From: a virus
Lineage: Duplodnaviria > Heunggongvirae > Uroviricota > Caudoviricetes
IMG/VR virus record: IMGVR_UViG_3300031992_004563
Coordinates: 137,798 to 201,797 of that record
Direction: 5' to 3' (one strand)
DNA length: 64,000 bases
Below the pieces are notes generated by a model. The model made no database searches. It saw only the letters and a program-made list of their open reading frames with translations, and was not told the origin of the DNA. A program made the position numbers and the translations under genes. How positions within the stretch are numbered: the stretch's first letter is position 1; every line of letters begins with the position of its first letter. Below, one piece after another: positions 1 to 10,463 of this stretch.

Positions 1-791
1 ATATTCTTGTAGGTGGTGATAGTGCAAAGGATTTGCTTCTTTTGGATGTAACTCCTATTTCTACTGGTATTGAGGTAGAGGGTCAAATCATGAATGTAAT
101 GATTGAGGCTAATACCACAATTCCTACAAGTAAGAAACAAGTATATACTACCGCAGTAGATAATCAACCAAGTGTATCAATTCGTGTATTCCAAGGTGAA
201 CGTCAATTCACTCGTGATAATAAACTTATTGGTAACTTTGAGTTGGGTGGAATTCTTCCTGCAAAACGCGGTGTTCCTCAAATTGAAGTAACATTTGATA
301 TTGATGCAAATGGTGTACTCAATGTATCTGCAAAGGATCTTGGAACCGGTAAGGCTAATTCCATTAAGATCACAGGTTCAAACAATCTTTCTAAGGAAGA
401 GATTGAACGCATTAAAGCAGATGCAGAGAAATTTAAGGAGCAGGATGCTAAGGCAAAAGAGGAAGTTGATAAGTTGAATGGTGCAGAGTCATTTGCATAT
501 CAAATGAAGAATATGTGTGATGATGAGCAAATGAAAGATAAACTTACTGAAGATCAAAAGACTCAAATTAATAAAGATGCAGATGAGATTCTTGAGGCTG
601 TTAAAGCAAAGGATCTTACAAAGGCAACAAATCTTCAAGAGTCTTTGCAGAAATATGTTCAAGATATTTCTTCTAAGCTTTATGAGAGTCAACAACCTCA
701 AAATGAGCAAGCACAACCTCAAACTGATACTCAATCTTCAACTGATAACAAACCAGAGGCTGAAGATGTAACATTTGAGGAAGTTAAGTAA
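1..791 (+). CDS. dnaK: Hsp70 chaperone DnaK, C-terminal part (5' end outside window)
   Basis: [39 protein letters not shown] motifs; ends [10 protein letters not shown]; no in-frame TAG. Confidence 0.97.
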   Translation, partial: ILVGGDSAKDLLLLDVTPISTGIEVEGQIMNVMIEANTTIPTSKKQVYTTAVDNQPSVSIRVFQGERQFTRDNKLIGNFELGGILPAKRGVPQIEVTFDIDANGVLNVSAKDLGTGKANSIKITGSNNLSKEEIERIKADAEKFKEQDAKAKEEVDKLNGAESFAYQMKNMCDDEQMKDKLTEDQKTQINKDADEILEAVKAKDLTKATNLQESLQKYVQDISSKLYESQQPQNEQAQPQTDTQSSTDNKPEAEDVTFEEVK

Positions 792-815
792 AAATCATAA
801 CTTAACATATATAAA

Positions 816-853
816 GAAAAGAGATTCCTAATTTATATAGGAGTCTCTTTTTT
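816..853 (+). terminator. Intrinsic terminator after dnaK
   Basis: AAAAGAGATTCCTA-loop-TAGGAGTCTCTTTTTT hairpin with T-tract. Confidence 0.8.
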
Positions 854-855
854 GA

Positions 856-863
856 TATAAATA
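856..863 (+). promoter_or_regulatory. T4-late-like promoter TATAAATA; ATAAATA core also at +1245, +2881, +31025, +33383, +35581, +38801, +42267, +60096 and on the minus strand at 51973, 52601, 58493, 62990
   Basis: Recurs in short intergenic gaps, often just after a terminator or stop, upstream of gene starts; matches the T4 gp55 late consensus. AT-richness makes some chance hits likely. Confidence 0.6.
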
Positions 864-885
864 TAAAAATGATTTAAAAATAATA

Positions 886-1200
886 ATGGAAAAAGGAAAA
901 ATAACACCTAAAAATCTTTATAATGATGATGAAGATTTATTGGAACATAATTGGGATATCATTACAGATTCAATCTATAATCTTTTGAAATATAAAAATA
1001 TAGAAAATAATGCAGGTTTTTCTGATGATGAATTAAGAGGATATGCAGGTGATATATTTACAGATTATAGAGAATCTCATGAAATATATGATTTTGAATA
1101 TGATAGGCTTGATAAACTTCAAAAACATATTGAAGAACATATTTACGATATTCCTTGGAATCCTGAACCATTAGAGGATATGAAAAAACTATTTAAATAA
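886..1200 (+). CDS. Hypothetical acidic protein (104 aa)
   Basis: ORF between a TATAAATA motif and a hairpin terminator (~1208-1237). Confidence 0.7.
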   Translation: MEKGKITPKNLYNDDEDLLEHNWDIITDSIYNLLKYKNIENNAGFSDDELRGYAGDIFTDYRESHEIYDFEYDRLDKLQKHIEEHIYDIPWNPEPLEDMKKLFK

Positions 1201-1272
1201 TAATTTTGAGAGATATATTCATGTGAATATATCTCTTATTTTTAATAAATATAATGGATTAATAAGATATTT

Positions 1273-2094
1273 ATGAAATAGATAAGTAAACAAATATTAG
1301 AGGCTATAAATAGAGGCATTTAGCTTGCATTAGATAATTATCAAGATGATGAACAAATTGGTTCTATATATCAACATAATGATATCATAGATAGTGAAGA
1401 TGTTATTAAATAGAAATATGATTTAATGAAGGAAGTTGTTGATTTAGATCTTCCATCAGGAACTTTATGGTGTAAATTTAATTTAGGGGTTAACTAGAAT
1501 TAGTTATCTAAAGCTGAAAATTGGTATGGTGGTTATTATGCATGGGGAGAATTGGAAGCAAATAAATCAATATATGATTGGGATCATTATAAATTTGGAA
1601 AATATTAGGATAAATTAATTAAATATTGTAATGATCCTGACTATGGTTTAAATGGTTTTACTGATAATTTATCTGAATTATTGCCAGAAGATGATGCTGC
1701 TTATCAAAATAAAAAATTTTATAATTTTAAATTTCATATTCCAACTAAAGAATAGTGTGAAGAATTATTGAAATATACTAATAAGTATTGGGTTAATAAT
1801 TATAATCCTAATAAAATTATTCATAATCCAAAAGATGATGAAGGAATTCAAGGTTTAAATGGTAGAGTCTTTGAAGGACGAAATGGAAATATAATATTTG
1901 TTCCCACAGCTGGCTATCATTACGGTTCTAATACCAACGGTGTTGGTTCTATCTGTTACTTGTGGTCTTCAAGTCTTTACTTAGATTACCCTTACGATGC
2001 TTACTACCTGGACTTCCATTCCCATGATATTGACATTGATGGCAACATTCGTTGCTATGGTTTTTCTATTCGTCCAGTAATAAATTTAAGATAA
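1273..2094 (+). CDS. Leader-family-1 protein with C-type-lectin-like (DUF1566/Fib_succ_major-like) domain; candidate DGR target (273 aa, TAG=Q)
   Basis: MK*ISKQILEAINRGI*LALD...VVDLDLPSGTLWCKFNLG...YYAWGE...LLPEDDAA...YLWSSSL...RCYGFSIRPV; open through several TAG codons, ends TAA. Confidence 0.85.
1903..2079 (+). other. Putative DGR variable region (VR)
   Basis: 19 of 51 codons in 1903-2055 end in C (TAC, GAC, AAC, ACC, TCC, TGC...), versus only a handful in the rest of the gene; located at the CLec C-terminus. Confidence 0.6.
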
Positions 2095-2098
2095 AATT

Positions 2099-2878
2099 AT
2101 GAAAAATTATAAACAAATATTAGAAGCCGTAAATAGAGGTATTAAACTTGCACTAGATGACTTTGAGAATGATGAACCAAATAGTTCATTATCACAAAAG
2201 AGTGATATCATAGATAGTGAGGATGTTATTAAATAGAAATATGAATTCAATAATTTAATTAAAAAATTTGAATTAGAACAACAAGTAGTTAGTGATGTTT
2301 TAAGACTCGCTGAATTATCTAAAATAACCGGTTTAAAATATAAAATATCTAAAGAACGTCTTTATAATTTCATTAAACAATATTTAAATTATACAGAATC
2401 ATTATATCATGCAGATTTAAACTGGATTGACACCTCTGGAATATATACAATGGACAATTTATTTTATAAGTCTAAATTTGACGGGGATATTTCAGAATGG
2501 GATGTGTCTAATGTTGAAAATATGTCATAGATGTTTTGTTATTCATGGTTTGAAGGTGATATTTCCAAATGGGATGTCAGTAAAGTTAAAACTATGTATG
2601 AAATGTTTAATAGTTCATGGTTTAAAGGAGATATTTCTAATTGGAATGTTAGTAATGTAGAAAGCATGCGTGGAATGTTTCAATATACAAGTTTTAATAA
2701 TGATATATCAAAATGGAATGTTAGCAAATGTCGAGATTTTGAAAATATGTTTATGAATGATACAATATTCTGTCAAGATTTGTCAAATTGGAAAATAAAG
2801 AGAGGCAGCAAAATGGGTATGACATTTTGGGGAACTAAAATAGTTAATTATAATAACTATATGCCTTAGTTTGTTTAA
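2099..2878 (+). CDS. Leader-family-1 protein with DUF285/BspA-like repeats (259 aa, TAG=Q)
   Basis: MKNYKQILEAVNRGIKLALDDFE leader; ADLNWIDTS then repeated F.GDIS.WDVSNV..M..MF. Confidence 0.85.
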
Positions 2879-2910
2879 AAATAAATAATAAAAATAAAAT
2901 AAATTGAAAA

Positions 2911-3054
2911 ATGGCAAAAGCAAGTGGTTCTAGCTTTTCTTATTTAAAGAAAGCACATAAAAAACGTCCGGGTGTTATTTCTAAATGCAGAACATCTAAT
3001 AGTAAACAATCAAAGCATTATAGAAAAGCATATAGAGGACAAGGAAGAGCATAA
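2911..3054 (+). CDS. Small basic protein ending YRGQGRA (47 aa, absent from ORF track)
   Basis: MAKASGSSFSYLKKAHKKRPGVISKCRTSNSKQSKHYRKAYRGQGRA, 30 nt downstream of ATAAATA. Confidence 0.7.
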   Translation: MAKASGSSFSYLKKAHKKRPGVISKCRTSNSKQSKHYRKAYRGQGRA

Positions 3055-3075
3055 TTAAAGAAATAATTATATATT

Positions 3076-4467
3076 ATGAGTGAATTAAAAATAACATCTA
3101 ATAGTTTAGAGAATGCTATTTTAACAGATGGTAATTTTGTTAGTGGCTATGCAGTTGGCAATGCATATATTGATGCATCTGGCAATGGTGCTCATGCTGA
3201 AGGCTATACAGATGGTAATAATATGATAATTGCATCTGGCAATGGAGCACATGCTGAAGGAATAAGTACATAGGCATTAGCAAATGGTGCTCATGCTGGT
3301 GGCATAGGAACTATTGCAAAATCACCAGCATTGACAGCAATTGGCAAATATAATAATACATCAACAAATGCCTTTTTTGTTGTAGGTAATGGAACTTGGG
3401 CTAGTCGTAAAGATGCATTTGTAATAGACACGGGTGGAAATGTTTCAATTGGCGGTGCAGCAACTGCAAAAGTTAATAATATTTCAAATGTTTAGCTTGG
3501 TGTACCAATTGGTTCAATGACAATGTGGTTAGGAGCTTCAGTTTGGGCTGGGTACAGTTATGCAGTAGAAAATTACCCAGATTGTATTCCAGATGGATGG
3601 TTATTAGCAAATGGAGCATCAGTTAGACTTAGATATATTGGCCAACAAGATAGGCCACATGACTAGCATGTTACAACTTTTCATAATAATACAGATTATG
3701 TTTATATACCTAGATATAATAATATAATAACTAAGACATATGATGATGATAATGATTTTGATTATTGGGATAAATTTGAACTTGTAGCATATAGGCACAA
3801 TGAACATTAGTGGGTTGCTATTGGTAGTGAATATTCAAAATTTAATAGACCTGATGAATGTTATGTAGGTATGAATTCTTTAGAAAAAGAAATATTTACT
3901 AGATTTCTAAATCATATAATATTATCTACAAGAGTTTATGTTAAGGTAACCTCAGTTATTCCATATTATCAATAGTAGATAACTAAAGATACTTCTTATA
4001 ATAATGATACTTATGATCCAGATTCAGGTATTACAGATGCGAATTATTTAGAAACATATGGTACACAATTAGATAAACTATCATGGTATTCTAATCTTAT
4101 TACTTATAGCAATAATCCTAATACTGGTAAAATTGATGACATTTTAATTGCTCTTCCAGATATGAATTTAAAATTTCCGCTTGGTGCTAGACAGGGAGAT
4201 ATTAATAAAAATTTTGGTGATGTTGCAACTAGAATAGGAAATCCAATTTTTCATTATGCTAATACATTTATCGGCGCAGATGGTGGTGAAGAAACACATA
4301 ATTTGAAATTAGATGAAATGTATGGCAAACCTATAAATGAAAACGCACAGAATGGCAGTGGTGATTCTTATGAAACATATGCATTTAATGAAAGCCCTCA
4401 AGTAACACACCCACACAACAATATCCCGCCATATATGGCAGTCCACTTTATTATTAAATATAAATAA
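3076..4467 (+). CDS. Tail fibre / tail-collar-domain protein (463 aa, TAG=Q)
   Basis: ASGNGAHAEG repeats; collar motifs PIGSMTMW, PDGWLLANG, LPDMNLKFPLGA, GGEETH, HNNIPPYMAVHFIIKY; only TAG codons interrupt the frame. Confidence 0.85.
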
Positions 4468-4524
4468 TTTTATTTCATAATAATTATTCAAAAATCCTCA
4501 GATCATTTCTGGGGATTTTTTATT

Positions 4525-4551
4525 AAACTTTCATAATTTTTAAATTATAAT
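4525..4551 (+). promoter_or_regulatory. Putative phage 'middle' promoter AAAC-N17/18-TAnAAT; also +9572-9598, +17081-17107 and minus-strand 33350-33377, 48961-48988, 60064-60090
   Basis: Fixed spacing in six intergenic regions, each oriented toward the downstream gene. Confidence 0.65.
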
Positions 4552-4580
4552 AATAGAAAAGATATTTAAAATTTTAAGTT

Positions 4581-5066
4581 ATGTTTAGCATTAAGTATAT
4601 TAATAATTTAAATCCAGTTAATTTTAAATGTACATATTTATTTGATGAATCTTGCGCAGAATTAAAAAATTCAGAGTCTTTACATAAAATGTTTGGCTTT
4701 GCATATGGTGGAAATTATATGCAATTTTATTATGAATATAATAAAGAAATGAATAAAATTTATATTAAAGCCAAAGTTAAAAATAAACATAAAGATGAAA
4801 ATTTTATACAATTAATATATGGTTGTGATTTTAATGAAGCACATGATTATAAAGTTGAAATTAACCGTAAAGTAACTTCATTCCAAACACAAAGTAAGAA
4901 ATCTATATATAAATGGTTAGGAAATGTTGATGATATAATTATTAAAGTTGATGATAAAATTATCACTAAACATAATTTTTATAGTAATGATGTTCCATTA
5001 CTTAATATGGGATTTGTTATTGTATATGGAAAAGGAATAAATTTTTATAAAAATAAAATAAATTAA
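4581..5066 (+). CDS. Hypothetical protein (161 aa)
   Basis: ORF directly after the promoter motif. Confidence 0.7.
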   Translation: MFSIKYINNLNPVNFKCTYLFDESCAELKNSESLHKMFGFAYGGNYMQFYYEYNKEMNKIYIKAKVKNKHKDENFIQLIYGCDFNEAHDYKVEINRKVTSFQTQSKKSIYKWLGNVDDIIIKVDDKIITKHNFYSNDVPLLNMGFVIVYGKGINFYKNKIN

Positions 5067-5067
5067 T

Positions 5068-5283
5068 ATGATAGCAATTGATTATAGTAATAAGAAAGAA
5101 AAATCTTATAAATTTAAAAACTTTTTAAATATGTCTAAAATTATGTAGGTATTTGCAAAAACAATTGCATCAGATTTAGTTTCAGTAAAACCGTTTGAGC
5201 CTATTGGCAAAGTATTTTATACAGATTTTGCACTTCCATATTATTGGAAAAGACCACGTAGATGTATAATTTTAATTAATTGA
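5068..5283 (+). CDS. Mini-protein resembling the Gol segment of a T4-like major capsid protein (71 aa, one TAG)
   Basis: ...MSKIM*VFAKTIASDLVSVKPFEPIGKVFYTDF versus gp23-type RR..P.LIA.D..GVQPM..PTG.VF. Confidence 0.55.
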
Positions 5284-5374
5284 TGTATAATTTTTAATTA
5301 TTTATTTTTATAGAAAAATATAGAAAAGTTTAGAAAAATATTTAGATAAATAAAATAAATAATATATAGAAATA

Positions 5375-5521
5375 ATGAAATTAAGTTAGTATGCTAAAGA
5401 ACTTGGGGTTTGTTATAAAACTGCATGGAATTTATATAAAGCCAATAAAATTCCAGGTGCATATCAATTACCAACCGGAACTATTATAGTACCAAATAAT
5501 ATAAATGAAGAAAATAAATAA
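5375..5521 (+). pseudogene. tnpA: Truncated IS607 TnpA (N-terminal MerR-like HTH only, 48 aa, one TAG)
   Basis: MKLS*YAKELGVCYKTAWNLYKANKIPGAYQLPTGTIIV; no serine-recombinase catalytic domain follows. Confidence 0.75.
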
Positions 5522-6708
5522 TGATATTATCTGAACGACATATTATAAAACAAACAAACCAATATTATAAAGATTTAGATAATTTATGTTTTTTATCTAA
5601 AAATCTTTATAATAGTGCTTTATATGCAATTAGATAGCATTATTTTAATACTAAACAATATTTAAATAAATTTGAATTAATAAATTAGTTTACTAAAAAT
5701 AATCAAAAAGATTATATTGCATTACCAAGAAAGGTTTCTCAGCAAATAATATATTAGGTTGATTAGAATATTAAATCATTTTTCAATTCAATAAAATCAA
5801 ATAATATAAATCATAAAATTTTAATGCCAAAATATTTAAATAAAGATGGAAGATTTGAAGTAATATATACAAATCAAGCAATATTTAATAAGTTATTAAA
5901 ACAAAATATTTTATAGTTATCAGGATTAAAGGATTTTAAACTTCATATTATTCATAATAATATTAAATAGGTTAGATTAATTCATAAAGGGAATCATATA
6001 GTTATTGAAATTTTATATGAATAGAAAGAAAAAGAATATGTGAATAACAATAGATATTGTAGTATTGATTTAGGAATAAACAATTTATGCACAATTGGTT
6101 CTAATGTCATTAAATCAATTATTTTAAATGGTAAACCATTAAAATCAATAAATCAATATTATAATAAAAAATTAGCATAGTTAAAATCTGAATAGGATTT
6201 AAGAAAAAATAAACAATATAATAAAAAGAAAATACAAAGTTTAACATTTAAAAGAAATAATAAAGTTAATGATTATTTACATAAATCAAGTCGATATATA
6301 GTTAATCATTTAGTTTCCAACAATATAACAAATTTAGTTATTGGATTAAATAAAGAGTGGAAACAAGAGACTAATATTGGCAAAAGAAATAATCAAAATT
6401 TTGTTCAAATACCTCATACTAAATTAATTGAGTAGCTTAAATATAAATGTCAATTAGAAGGTATAAAAGTTATGATTAGAGAAGAAAGTTATACAAGCAA
6501 ATGCTCATTTATTGATAATGAAGAAATTTGTAAACATGAATAGTATTTAGGTAAAAGAATTTGTAGAGGTTTATTTAAAACTAAAGAAAATAAAATAATC
6601 AATGCAGATTTAAATGGTGCATTAAATATTTTAAGAAAAGAAATTCCAGAAATTTAGTATGGAATAGAGGTGTGTAGTACGCCAATGGTTCATACCATTA
6701 AAAAATAA
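5521..6708 (+). CDS. tnpB: TnpB RNA-guided nuclease family protein (395 aa, ~12 in-frame TAG)
   Basis: MILSERHII...LCFLSKNLYN.ALY.IR*; SIDLGINNL; VIGLNKEWKQ; EESYTSKCSF; INADLNGALNILRK. Confidence 0.9.
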
Positions 6709-6776
6709 CTTGTAGAATATTTTTCTATATTTTATTTAACTATTCAATTAATTGAAAACAATATTAAATAAAAATA

Positions 6777-7904
6777 ATGGATAATAAAGGATATTATAAA
6801 ACATTAGGGGTTGGAGAAAATGCGTCTGAAGATGAAATCAAAAAGAGTTTTAGAAAGCTCTCCATTAAATATCATCCAGATAAGCAGGCCAATAAATCAG
6901 ATAAGGAAAAGAAAGATGCAGAAGCCAAGTTTAAAGAAATAAATGAGGCTTATCAAGTTTTGTCTGATCCTGATAAACGTGCTCAATATGATAGAGGTGG
7001 TTCATTCGATTTTGGTGGAACAGGCGGTGGATCTGACTTTGGCGGATTTGATTTTGGTGGAATGAATTTTGATGAATTTGGATTTAATGGTGCATTTGAT
7101 TTTTCTAAATTTTTTGGTGATGGAAGTCATTATGGATATTCACGCCCAAAACAAAAAGCACCTGAAAAAGGATCAGACATTAAAATGTCTATTCCAGTTT
7201 CTATTGAAGAAATATTCAATGGATGCACAAAAAAAGTTAAATATCAAAGAAATGTAAGATGTCCAAATTGCCATGGTGCAGGCGGAACAAATAAACACAC
7301 CTGTCCAGATTGTAATGGAACTGGTATGACAAAAACAACTGTTCGTTCTCCATTTGGATTTACAACTTCTATGGGTCCATGTAAAAGATGTGGTGGAAAA
7401 GGTTATGTTATTGATTCTAAATGCCCAACATGTGGAGGAACAGGATTTAAGAAAGAAGATACTATATTAGAAATTAATTTTATGCCTGGCATGCTTGATG
7501 GATTTTCAATGCTATATAGAGGAAAGGGTAATGAGTCTTCTGATTTGAAAGGTGAAACTGGAGATTTTTATGCAGTATGCAAACATACATATGATACAAG
7601 TAGATATCAAATAATTAATAATATTGATGTTTATGAAAAAATTGAAATTCCATATTATGATGCATTATTAGGTTGTGAATATATTTTAGAAAAGCCTAAT
7701 CATAAAAAGATAAAAGTTAATATTCCATCATGTATTCCATATGGAAAACATTTAAAACTTGCAAATGAGGGAATAACTTCTGGTAATATAAAAGGTGATT
7801 ATATATTGATTGTTATATATAAAATACCTGAAAAATTATCTTGGAGAGAACGAAATGCATTAGAAGCACTTAAGCTTGATTTAAATAAAGATAATAACAA
7901 ATAA
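6777..7904 (+). CDS. dnaJ: Chaperone DnaJ
   Basis: J-domain HPD, G/F-rich region, four CxxCxGxG repeats. Confidence 0.97.
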   Translation: MDNKGYYKTLGVGENASEDEIKKSFRKLSIKYHPDKQANKSDKEKKDAEAKFKEINEAYQVLSDPDKRAQYDRGGSFDFGGTGGGSDFGGFDFGGMNFDEFGFNGAFDFSKFFGDGSHYGYSRPKQKAPEKGSDIKMSIPVSIEEIFNGCTKKVKYQRNVRCPNCHGAGGTNKHTCPDCNGTGMTKTTVRSPFGFTTSMGPCKRCGGKGYVIDSKCPTCGGTGFKKEDTILEINFMPGMLDGFSMLYRGKGNESSDLKGETGDFYAVCKHTYDTSRYQIINNIDVYEKIEIPYYDALLGCEYILEKPNHKKIKVNIPSCIPYGKHLKLANEGITSGNIKGDYILIVIYKIPEKLSWRERNALEALKLDLNKDNNK

Positions 7905-7961
7905 TAAAATATTGCACCAGATGTTAAATAGACAATATCTGGTGTATTTTCTATAATATAT

Positions 7962-9005
7962 ATGATATATAATATAATTGGAGATATACATGGAAGAACT
8001 TCTTGGAAAGAATTAGTTCAAGAAGATGCTATTAATATTTTTATAGGGGATTATTTTGATCCTTATTTAGATTATAATGATATCCCATTTATAGAATGTA
8101 AAGCAAATTTTCTTGAAATTATAGAATATAAAAAACAGCATCCAGAAACAGTATTGTTAATTGGAAATCATGATATTGCATATTGGCATATTCCTGGTGA
8201 TAATAATAGATATGAACATAAATATAGACCAGAAATTTATCAATTATTCGAAGACAATAAAGATTTATTTCAATTAGCATATTCAATAGAGAATAAAGCA
8301 TTAGTTACTCATGCAGGTGTATCAATTGTTTGGTATGAAAGATTCAAAAATGGAACATTAGCAGTGTCTCCTTGGGATTTTAATTATGACGATCCAGATG
8401 AACTTGAAAATCCATTTAGTAAAACACATGAAAAAATTCCATTTGAAAACCCATTAAAATTTAGTTTAACTAATTCTCCTGAAGAAGCTTGGCAAATATA
8501 TGCAAATAAAGCTTATAAATATTGGGCAGATGAAAATAAAAAACCAAGTAATGGAATTTATATTGAGTATAAAGATAAATTGTGGAGATATAATAAAGAA
8601 ATAGAAAAATTTGAAGAATATCATATAACTCCAGATGAAGTTGCAGATTTTATAAATAGCCTTTGGTTTAAAAAAGAAAAATATAATGCTTTTGAATTTA
8701 TGAGGTCAATGGACGACAATCAAGGAAATAATCCAAGACAAAGTCCTGCATGGATAAGAGAAGAAGCATTAAGAGAATCTAATATTTTTAAATTTACTGA
8801 TTATTGGCAATTTTTTGGGCATACACAATGCTTTTGGTATATTGAAAAATTAAATCTCCCAAAAGATTTAACATTAGATAAAATTGAATTACGAATGATT
8901 GATAAGAAGAATAAGTTTGTTAATTGTGATTGTTTATCTTATAGTCCAATGTCAATATTATATAATAGCGATACAGAAGAAATCAGAATAAATAAGAAAA
9001 ATTAA
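7962..9005 (+). CDS. Calcineurin-like metallophosphoesterase
   Basis: GDIHG, GDYFD, GNHD, THAG, FGHT motifs. Confidence 0.88.
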   Translation: MIYNIIGDIHGRTSWKELVQEDAINIFIGDYFDPYLDYNDIPFIECKANFLEIIEYKKQHPETVLLIGNHDIAYWHIPGDNNRYEHKYRPEIYQLFEDNKDLFQLAYSIENKALVTHAGVSIVWYERFKNGTLAVSPWDFNYDDPDELENPFSKTHEKIPFENPLKFSLTNSPEEAWQIYANKAYKYWADENKKPSNGIYIEYKDKLWRYNKEIEKFEEYHITPDEVADFINSLWFKKEKYNAFEFMRSMDDNQGNNPRQSPAWIREEALRESNIFKFTDYWQFFGHTQCFWYIEKLNLPKDLTLDKIELRMIDKKNKFVNCDCLSYSPMSILYNSDTEEIRINKKN

Positions 9006-9016
9006 TTAATTGAATT

Positions 9017-9535
9017 ATGAGTGATAAAAACACAGGTTGGGGTAGTTTTTTAGGAAACTATTTTAAGAATTTTTCACAAAAAGAAAAACAACCAGAAAAG
9101 AAAATTAGCACAAATTATAATGAGTTTGAAAAAACTTTTTATAAAAAACAAGAGGTTATTGCAGAAGAACCACAAATTCCAGATGCAGAATATGAAAAAG
9201 AGGTTGAATTAGCAAAACAATTCCTTACAGAAAATGAAGAACCAGTAATTGAAACTGTTACTTCTGATAAATCTGATACTTATTCTGAACCATTACCTAC
9301 TGAAGAATTTACTCAAGAAGAAATTGAGGAATTCAAAAGATTAAATGGCATTGGTGATGTAAAAGTTAAAACTGAACAAAAAGTTGTTGAGCAACCAACA
9401 GAAACAAAAGTCAAATCTGTAAAAGTTTCTAAACCAAAAGTTGAAAAAGAACAAAAAGTTGAAGTTAAAAAAGAAGCTAAAAAAGAAACTAAAAAGGATA
9501 CTAAACCTCGTACACCAAGAAAACCTAAAAAATAA
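9017..9535 (+). CDS. Hypothetical protein, acidic core with Lys-rich tail
   Basis: ORF followed by hairpin terminator 9541-9563. Confidence 0.7.
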   Translation: MSDKNTGWGSFLGNYFKNFSQKEKQPEKKISTNYNEFEKTFYKKQEVIAEEPQIPDAEYEKEVELAKQFLTENEEPVIETVTSDKSDTYSEPLPTEEFTQEEIEEFKRLNGIGDVKVKTEQKVVEQPTETKVKSVKVSKPKVEKEQKVEVKKEAKKETKKDTKPRTPRKPKK

Positions 9536-9992
9536 AAGTGAAGGAGAATTTAATTTCTCCTTTATTTTTTGAAACTTTGTATATTTTTGGATTATAATTA
9601 TAAAGTTAAAATATCTTTAAAGTCATGGTTAAGTATAATTTATCATTGTATGTAAATAAATTTGTAAAAATTGTATTAGAGAAAAATAAGGAAGTGCCTT
9701 ATGTATATGGAAATTTAGTTGGGTATCTTAGATATGATGAAAAATTTAAAATGTATTTAATTAATCATCCATACAATCTTAGTTCTGGAAAGTGTGATTG
9801 TGGTGAAGCAGCATTTGACCCAAATGATATTAAAGATATTAAGCCTGCAACAGATAATGAAAGAAAATTATGGGCATGTGAATATATTAAATTTCATAGT
9901 GCATGTGTAAAAGCAAAAGGACGGGATGAATGTAAATTAGATTTGCCTTTAGATGAAATTTTACCAAGTTTAAAATTAACAATGAAATAATT

Positions 9993-10463
9993 ATGAAAGC
10001 AGAAGATTTAATGGTAGGAGACTGGGTATGCGTTAGGTCTAACGACAAAGAAGATACTCATAACTTCAAGATAAAATCAATAATTAGCGAAGGTGTTTAT
10101 GGGCCTGGCTTCGTTGGTTTTGATGAAGATTTAGAGTTTATTCCACTTACTTCAGAGATATTAGAGAAAAATGGTTTTATTGAAATTGAGAAAGAACATT
10201 TTAAAGAAACCAGTACACATATATATGCATATTTAGGAGATAATGATGAATTTGAAGATGGATTTGCTATATGTGGTAGTGATGAAGTTGGTTATTATTT
10301 AGGCTATAATCTTAATGGGTACCCAGTATTTATTGGCAAAAATGTTCCAAGCACTGATCCAAACTGCATGGGATATGTATATCAAAAACATAATGTAAAT
10401 TATGTTCACCAACTTCAACATATTTTAAACTTATTTGAGATTGAAACTAATATTATAATTTAA
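9993..10463 (+). CDS. Conserved phage hypothetical protein (paralog of 25198..25596)
   Basis: Both share DLM.GDWV...PI.LT.EILEKNGF...YVH.LQH.L. Confidence 0.75.
   Translation: MKAEDLMVGDWVCVRSNDKEDTHNFKIKSIISEGVYGPGFVGFDEDLEFIPLTSEILEKNGFIEIEKEHFKETSTHIYAYLGDNDEFEDGFAICGSDEVGYYLGYNLNGYPVFIGKNVPSTDPNCMGYVYQKHNVNYVHQLQHILNLFEIETNIII

Larger units (their letters stand above)
5311..6736 (+). mobile_element. IS607-family non-autonomous element (truncated tnpA + tnpB); ends approximate
   Basis: tnpA HTH remnant overlapping tnpB (TAATG); TAGAAAAATA-type direct repeats at 5311-5350 and an inverted copy at ~6718-6736. Confidence 0.75.
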
